The position numbers and the translations under genes were made by a program. The notes below the pieces were generated by a model. It ran no database searches. It saw only the letters and a list, made by a program, of their open reading frames with translations, and was not told the DNA's origin. Below are positions 58,484-64,000 of a stretch of 64,000 nt of DNA, one piece after another. How positions within the stretch are numbered: the stretch's first letter is position 1; each line of letters opens with the position of its first letter. This DNA comes from Methanobacteriota archaeon (GTDB lineage: Archaea > Thermoplasmatota > E2 > DHVEG-1), in assembly GCA_963769885.1 (NCBI GenBank), contig CAVYNH010000001.1:4071-68070 (forward strand), read 5' to 3'.

Positions 58484-58792
58484 TCACTTCTCTGTTGGAA
58501 TTATCTTGATGCTATTTTTGTCTGGTATCAATGAGACTACATCGTTAGCTTTCAAATGGTATTTCGTGGCAAGTTCTTTTGGAATGCGAAACCCTAGACT
58601 TTGTCCCCATCTTGTGACCTTCGCGCGATATAACTTTATCGCCCTGTATCGGTCAGCAACATCATGAAGCTGCTTCATATCAACGATCTCATCGCCGCAC
58701 TTCGAACAAGCGTAATATTTATAGCTGATTCCCTCTGGAGTCAACGCCTCTTTCTCTTCCATCTGTTTTCCACACGTACCACATTTTTTCAT
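58484..58792 (-). CDS. antitoxin-like protein: zinc ribbon plus AbrB/SpoVT domain
   Basis: Contains CGTCG...CSKCG followed by ..VTRWGQSLGFRIPKELATKYHLKANDVVSLIP. Confidence 0.65.
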   Translation of the reverse strand: MKKCGTCGKQMEEKEALTPEGISYKYYACSKCGDEIVDMKQLHDVADRYRAIKLYRAKVTRWGQSLGFRIPKELATKYHLKANDVVSLIPDKNSIKIIPTEK

Positions 58793-58793
58793 A

Positions 58794-59033
58794 TTACACC
58801 TTCTTTTCTATAGTTACAATTTTTATTCTGTTTCCAATGATTTCGTCAACGCAAATTACCGTGAAGTGTTTGTATTTTTTACTGAATTTCACGTTACTCT
58901 TACCATATCTTTTTATCGTTCCACCTTTGATGGTTGCTTCGATCATATCCGGTGTTATTCCTCGGTCCATGGCACGTATGAATGCGTGCCGTTTGATCTC
59001 TACTTCATATTGAGAGATATCCATTGATATCAT
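58794..59033 (-). CDS. DUF4258-like toxin candidate
   Basis: ..IKRHAFIRAMDRGITPDMIEATIKGGTI.. It sits 1 nt upstream of the antitoxin-like gene. Confidence 0.55.
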   Translation of the reverse strand: MISMDISQYEVEIKRHAFIRAMDRGITPDMIEATIKGGTIKRYGKSNVKFSKKYKHFTVICVDEIIGNRIKIVTIEKKV

Positions 59034-59082
59034 ATAGTATCCTTTAATATATAAAAGTATTGTCTGAAAATTGCTAAGTGGG

Positions 59083-59099
59083 GGCCGTAAGCCTCTTTA
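59083..59099 (+). repeat. 17-bp direct repeat GGCCGTAAGCCTCTTTA (copy 2)
   Basis: See 58272..58288. Confidence 0.85.
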
Positions 59100-60215
59100 T
59101 TTCTTCATCAGGCCCATTTCTACGAGCTTCTCCGGTAGGTACGTGTCTGTGACGTAGTCCAGCCCGTACTTCGCCAGCGCCTGCTGCTCGGACTTCTTCC
59201 CGATTTCCAGCTGCAGCTTGATCTCATGCTTCCAGAACTGGTCCTGGAACCGCGGGTCGTCCAACTCGCTCTTCAACGCATGGATGTCCTCCGCAGTGAG
59301 CGTATCCGTCGGCAGCTTGTAGTTGACGATATCCGAGGGCGTCACCCCGAGGTACTGGGCCGCCGGCGTCGCGAGGTACTCCGAGATATGCGCGGTCTTG
59401 ATCGCCCCGTACGCGACGCTGCCGTAGATCCGGAAGCTCCAGGGGTCGCAGTCCGTGAAGACCAGGACCGGCAGCCGTTTTTCCTCGTTGAGCCGCTTGA
59501 TGAAACGCCGCGTCGACCGCGCCGGCTGCCCCTTAAGATGCACGAGGATCGCACGGGAGTCCGTGTCGAACCCGTTCTCCACCAGCCGGTCGAACATACC
59601 GCCGGTCTCGATCGCGACCACGAAGTCCGCGTCCACCTCCTTGAATGACAGCTTCTCCTTCTCGACATTGTAGGGGATGCCGTAGCCGGCGTCGCCGACA
59701 TCGTCCTGGCAGTGGATCCGCTTCTTCTTGTTGTTCCTGGTCACCTCCTCGATGACGAGGTTGCCGATGACGCGCGCGCCGTCCTCCTCCGGACGCAGCT
59801 TGAAGTCCTCCCGCATGCAGCCGGTGATGACCTCAAGGTCCTCCGCGAGCAGGTCTGACTCATCCTGCGTATGGAACTTCGCCAGGTTCCAGCCCTCAGA
59901 GATGTAATAGGTTTCTCTGAGCGTCGACGACTTCTTCTGGTTGATCATCTCCTTGATGAAGTCCACCATATACATCGTCCGCAGCAGCATGTACGCCCCA
60001 TCCAGGGACATCGCGGACCGCTCCGTCGTCTGCTTCCCGTACTTCCAGACGTTCAGATTATCATCGAACCGGATGTTCGCCTTCGTCCGAGTGGACAGGT
60101 TCAGATGCGGGATCTCCGCCTTCTGCAGGTCGGAGTACACCTTCTGCGCGATACTATCGATCTTGGAGATGACCTCCTTGTAGCTCTTCTCAACCATGGT
60201 TACTCGCCCTCCCAT
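59097..60215 (-). CDS. top6A: DNA topoisomerase VI subunit A
   Basis: 372 aa, Spo11/Top6A-like, overlapping top6B by 16 nt. Confidence 0.9.
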   Translation of the reverse strand: MGGRVTMVEKSYKEVISKIDSIAQKVYSDLQKAEIPHLNLSTRTKANIRFDDNLNVWKYGKQTTERSAMSLDGAYMLLRTMYMVDFIKEMINQKKSSTLRETYYISEGWNLAKFHTQDESDLLAEDLEVITGCMREDFKLRPEEDGARVIGNLVIEEVTRNNKKKRIHCQDDVGDAGYGIPYNVEKEKLSFKEVDADFVVAIETGGMFDRLVENGFDTDSRAILVHLKGQPARSTRRFIKRLNEEKRLPVLVFTDCDPWSFRIYGSVAYGAIKTAHISEYLATPAAQYLGVTPSDIVNYKLPTDTLTAEDIHALKSELDDPRFQDQFWKHEIKLQLEIGKKSEQQALAKYGLDYVTDTYLPEKLVEMGLMKK

Positions 60216-62188
60216 TGATCCGCACCGATCACGTACGTGGGATTAATCCCCTGAACGTACAGATCATTCTCATCGAAGTCTCCCTTGTTCAGCCCCGCGA
60301 GCTCGAAGTACACGTCGACCTTGTTCGTCGGGTCGATACTGTCCAGGTTCCAGCGGATATAGTCCGGGGTGACCTTTACTGGCGCCGGCTTGACCGTGCC
60401 GACCACCGCGTCCTTCGGGATGAGTGCGTAGAGGCTGAACCGTTGCGGCTTGTTCTTGTAATTGACGATGAGGATGCTGCTCTTCGTGATCCACCCGCCA
60501 TCGTCCTTCAACTGCGACAAGTCGGTGGAGAGCTTCGCCTGCATCGCCTTCCCCGGCGTCCGCTTGACTTTCTCGTATTCAATCGCATCCTCGATCCAGA
60601 CGACATCCATGATCCTCGTGATGACTTTATCTAATGAGGGGATTGGTTTATCCAGCATCTTGGCCGACTTCTTCGCGATTTCCGGTAGGATCTTCGTGAT
60701 CAAATCGAACTTCTCCCGGGTCTTCACCCGGCGAACCTTCTTATGGATATGATACTGCACCTTGCGCGCACACTCCCGAAACGCGAGGCGCACTTCGTTC
60801 TCGATCTCCTCGATATCCGCGATCGCCTCCTTGCTCTCCGAGGTGTACGGGATCTGCGTCGAACACAGATGCGTCAGGAAGATTGCCGGCCCGGTCGGGA
60901 CCCCGGAGCCGTTCGGCTGGTCGAACCCGTACCGCCGCCAATCCATGCTCGCGATCGCCGCGGTCGACGCACAATCCCCCTGCTGATACAGCAACGGGAT
61001 GCGGTTGGCGAACCGCATGAGCCGCACCGGCTTGTCCTTCGGCAACGTCCCACCGTACACGATCCCGACCTCGACCTGAAAGGGGTTGCCGGAGAAGACC
61101 GCAGGCGGCCGCGTGCCAGTCACGATGAACTCCGGCGAGATCTCCTGCGTCTCATTCTTCAAGCTGCGTTTGATGAGCATCTCCCCGATCGGCGAGAGGC
61201 ACTCCGTCGGCGGTGCCATCATCTTCACGGTCTTGAACGCCTTGTGGAGCTGCGCGAGCTGCTCGCGGCTCATCTCCCGCGGGTTGAGGTTGCGGTCCAA
61301 TTGAGCAGCCTGGCAGACCGCATCCGCGGTCCGGTCGCCCATGCTGCAGAACTCGGTCTTCAAAAACCCGGCGAGCTTGCGGTTCTTCGACTCCTTCGCC
61401 ATCTTGATCAAGGTCCCGAGCTCGACGCCATAGGGATGCGGTTGAATCTCCACGGATTTCGGCGGCAGCGTGTCCGCCGTACGCTCGAACACCGTCGTCT
61501 GACCCTCGGCATCCTTGTACGTGATGCGGGCATGCGGGTTGACAATAGAGGTGCTTTGGAGGTAATCGTAGACGAAGCGTTTCCCGTTCTTGTAGTTCGC
61601 AATGATGGTGACCTCGATGCGGGTGCCGCTGGGCTTGTCCCAATGCTGGATCTCCTGCCCGACGACCTCGCCGCGGTTCTTGGTCGTATCCATCGCAAGC
61701 GACGTCACGACCGCGGGACGGTCTGCCGCGATCTTCGACATGATGGTCGCATGCTTCCCCGTCGTCAACTGACCGTACAACACGACAGCGGAGATCCCGA
61801 TGCCCTGCTGCCCGCGCGTCTGTCGAACGGCATGGAACCGCGAGCCATACAGGAGCCGGCCAAAGATATGCGGAATCTGCTGCTTGATGATGCCGGGCCC
61901 GTTGTCCTCGACGATGATCGTGCATTCATCGCCTTCGTGATTCCGGAGTTCCACGCAGAGGTCGGGGAGGATGCCGGCTTCCTCGCAGGCATCAAGCGCG
62001 TTGTCGACCGCCTCTTTCACACTGGTGACGAGCGCCCGAGTCGGGTTTCCGAGACCAAGGATATGCTTATTCCGCTCAAAGAACTCCGCAACGGAAATCT
62101 CCTGTTGTTTCTCCGCAAGTTTGTAAGCTATGGGATCGGTCAAGAACTCATCCCTCCACAAGCCCACCATGGCCTGGGCATCCGACAA
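60200..62188 (-). CDS. top6B: DNA topoisomerase VI subunit B
   Basis: 662 aa with the GHKL ATPase N-terminus ..EAVDNALDA.. and ..DNGPGI.. Confidence 0.9.
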   Translation of the reverse strand: MSDAQAMVGLWRDEFLTDPIAYKLAEKQQEISVAEFFERNKHILGLGNPTRALVTSVKEAVDNALDACEEAGILPDLCVELRNHEGDECTIIVEDNGPGIIKQQIPHIFGRLLYGSRFHAVRQTRGQQGIGISAVVLYGQLTTGKHATIMSKIAADRPAVVTSLAMDTTKNRGEVVGQEIQHWDKPSGTRIEVTIIANYKNGKRFVYDYLQSTSIVNPHARITYKDAEGQTTVFERTADTLPPKSVEIQPHPYGVELGTLIKMAKESKNRKLAGFLKTEFCSMGDRTADAVCQAAQLDRNLNPREMSREQLAQLHKAFKTVKMMAPPTECLSPIGEMLIKRSLKNETQEISPEFIVTGTRPPAVFSGNPFQVEVGIVYGGTLPKDKPVRLMRFANRIPLLYQQGDCASTAAIASMDWRRYGFDQPNGSGVPTGPAIFLTHLCSTQIPYTSESKEAIADIEEIENEVRLAFRECARKVQYHIHKKVRRVKTREKFDLITKILPEIAKKSAKMLDKPIPSLDKVITRIMDVVWIEDAIEYEKVKRTPGKAMQAKLSTDLSQLKDDGGWITKSSILIVNYKNKPQRFSLYALIPKDAVVGTVKPAPVKVTPDYIRWNLDSIDPTNKVDVYFELAGLNKGDFDENDLYVQGINPTYVIGADQWEGE

Positions 62189-62327
62189 CGTAATCTGTCA
62201 AGCTCATATAAAATTTATTCTGGTTTATTTTCAGCATCAGAAAATAATCCTACGACTCTTGCGATGACAAAGTCGCAGATGGCATAGCTACCCGTCAATA
62301 AACATACCAGGATGTTAGTGTATACTG

Positions 62328-62480
62328 GGGCTTGGTTCATAATTCCCAACAGGAGAAATTGTTTACACGACCGCGGATTCTAGAATGCGAATAATTTGGA
62401 AGAAAAAAAGTAGGGATGCGTTAGACCTGGGAATTCTTCATGATGTATCCAACAGGAGAAACGAATTATGAACCAGGCCC
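62328..62480. mobile_element. 153-bp MITE (copy B, opposite orientation to copy A)
   Basis: It has the same 31-nt ends as 2634..2786 but a divergent core. It is flanked by the 8-bp direct repeat GTATACTG (62320-62327 and 62481-62488). Confidence 0.75.
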
Positions 62481-62656
62481 GTATACTGTTTAAATAGATG
62501 TTTCATAGAGGAGACTAGTTATTATTGATATACAAATCCCTCTTTCATATTATGCAAGATATAAATATATGATATAGATTATCATATCAAAAGTTGGAAC
62601 GAAGTATGAAAGATAAATTCTTAGAGTTTATCATAGAGGCATTGCTGGTTGGGTAG

Positions 62657-63598
62657 ATGAAAGATAGAGCGTTGAAAGTCATGGACTTATTATCGAGCAG
62701 CGATAGCTCTTTGGCAAAATTTCTAAGGATTCAAAGGAGTATCGCAGCCCTCCCGGGGATTGCTGTTTACCTTGTCGTCGGATCATATTTTACAGGGTTA
62801 AATTTTTTCCACTTGAAATTCTTACTTGGCGAGCTTGCTCTCTATCTGCTTTCAGTAGCTGTCAATGGTTATAATAATCTCTTTGACATCGAAGAGGATA
62901 AACTAGCTACATCCAGTGGAATCGTGAAGGCGAACTATTTACTGAAAGAGTTTACATGGAGGCAATTGAAATGGAATTTTATACTCACAAGCATCGCCCT
63001 TGCTTGCGTAGTGCTTCTTACTGGAAATCTAGAATTTATTGCCTTGTGCGCTTTTACATACGCCCTTGGAATTGTATACACCAAACCAATTAGACTGAAA
63101 AACAGGCCACTCATAGGTACTTTATCCAACACATATGGGTTCTCAATTTTTCCCGTACTGAGCGCCTTCTTTTTGCTCAATGGCACGCTTACAGTCGCGA
63201 TTGCATTTAGCCTGTCTATTTTTCTACCCACATTCGCATCTTGCCTTATCGCCGAAATCGCGGACCGGGAAATTGACGGGAAAATTGGAACAAGAACTAC
63301 CGCCCGTTGGCTTGGTAAACGCGCCAAGACAGCTATCATGGCCGTTTTGATCTTTTCAGTTGCTTTTTATTTTGTCGCTATCTACATCCACTGGGCTGTG
63401 ATTCTTGTAACTCCATTTGTGGCAGCAATTCTCTATGAAACCCGTAAGCTTTACATGGACTTCACGGATAAGAAAGCTGATTCTGTACTTGTAAAAATAG
63501 GCGCGAATATCTCTAGAATTCTCATAATCTATGTAATAGCCGCGATAATCCTGCACGCGACAGCAGCTACTCTACTTGCAAATATTTTTAATGCCTGA
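62657..63598 (+). CDS. UbiA-family prenyltransferase (membrane)
   Basis: The Asp-rich motifs are NGYNNLFDIEEDK and IAEIADREIDGK. It has multiple TM helices. The segment is AT-rich. Confidence 0.75.
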   Translation: MKDRALKVMDLLSSSDSSLAKFLRIQRSIAALPGIAVYLVVGSYFTGLNFFHLKFLLGELALYLLSVAVNGYNNLFDIEEDKLATSSGIVKANYLLKEFTWRQLKWNFILTSIALACVVLLTGNLEFIALCAFTYALGIVYTKPIRLKNRPLIGTLSNTYGFSIFPVLSAFFLLNGTLTVAIAFSLSIFLPTFASCLIAEIADREIDGKIGTRTTARWLGKRAKTAIMAVLIFSVAFYFVAIYIHWAVILVTPFVAAILYETRKLYMDFTDKKADSVLVKIGANISRILIIYVIAAIILHATAATLLANIFNA

Positions 63599-63858
63599 AA
63601 AAGGATTCTATGCTTCAAGTATTAGCACGACTTAAACCAACTTTTGTGCTAATCATTAACAACCCTGGATAAAACATCCAAGGGTTCAAATCCCTTCCCC
63701 TGAATTGAATTTTATATAATACGAGTTTTTATTTTAACACAACCACGAGCGTAGTTCTCTCGGTCAATGTATCAAATCAAGGTCCAGACTCCTGCAATAA
63801 CTATTCCTGCGAAATAAAAATCTATGGCATTGTTGGTCATAGAGTTAATCTTATCAGA

Positions 63859-64000
63859 ATGTGGTTGTACCCATGGTTTGCTGGAATAACGTATAACGGT
63901 TCAGCGATTGCACCTGGTGATTATGAGAAAAAAAATGTTACAATATGTAATCCAGGAAGGGGATTGTGGATTGCACGATGTACTATCACTTCTTCTGGAG
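63859..64000 (+). CDS. open reading frame running off the window end (hypothetical)
   Basis: The frame is open from 63709 to the window end. The first ATG is at 63859. Nothing is recognisable. Confidence 0.2.
   Translation, partial: MWLYPWFAGITYNGSAIAPGDYEKKNVTICNPGRGLWIARCTITSSG

Noticed and set aside
60743-62287. 514-aa ORF antisense to top6B, and similar ORFs across dnaK, asnS, rpoD and the peptidase genes
   Set aside because: Same reason as above. The sense-strand genes have clear family motifs.

Overview
Archaeal chromosome fragment. Evidence: thermosome, GrpE-DnaK, Topo VI A/B, Alba, SepF, Sm+L37e pair, S13-S4-S11-RpoD operon, Taw1, TrpRS, AsnRS. The core is visibly GC-rich (about 14.6-38.1, 44.4-58.0 and 59.1-62.2 kb) and is interrupted by AT-rich accessory islands. 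(1) 1-14.55 kb is AT-rich mobile DNA. It holds a near-perfect inverted duplication of more than 5.6 kb (arms 1-5612 and 5697-11308, 84-bp spacer). It also holds a 5.4-kb element (9149-14542) bounded by IS6-like terminal inverted repeats and an 8-bp direct repeat. That element carries a TGT/DpdA-like gene, a methyltransferase-nuclease fusion and a frameshifted IS6-like transposase. (2) 38.1-43.7 kb contains tRNA-Pro(CGG), two further copies of its 3' end, secreted-protein genes and an IS200-type element. (3) 43.9-53.8 kb is a candidate TasA-like fibre/adhesin locus and the top candidate for a new system. It has two proteins with SipW-type signal peptides (one with a thioester-domain-like C-terminus), a 1520-aa C25/Fn3/PKD surface protein, a SipW-type signal peptidase fused to a polytopic membrane domain, and a 2-TM zinc-ribbon protein. 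(4) A toxin-antitoxin cassette flanked by 17-bp direct repeats lies at the 3' end of top6A. (5) A 153-bp MITE family with 8-9 bp target duplications is present. Frame breaks occur even in a housekeeping PUA gene, so assembly indel errors are likely and all pseudogene calls are provisional. No rRNA genes or CRISPR arrays were seen. Long antisense and alternative-frame ORFs in the GC-rich parts are treated as artefacts.
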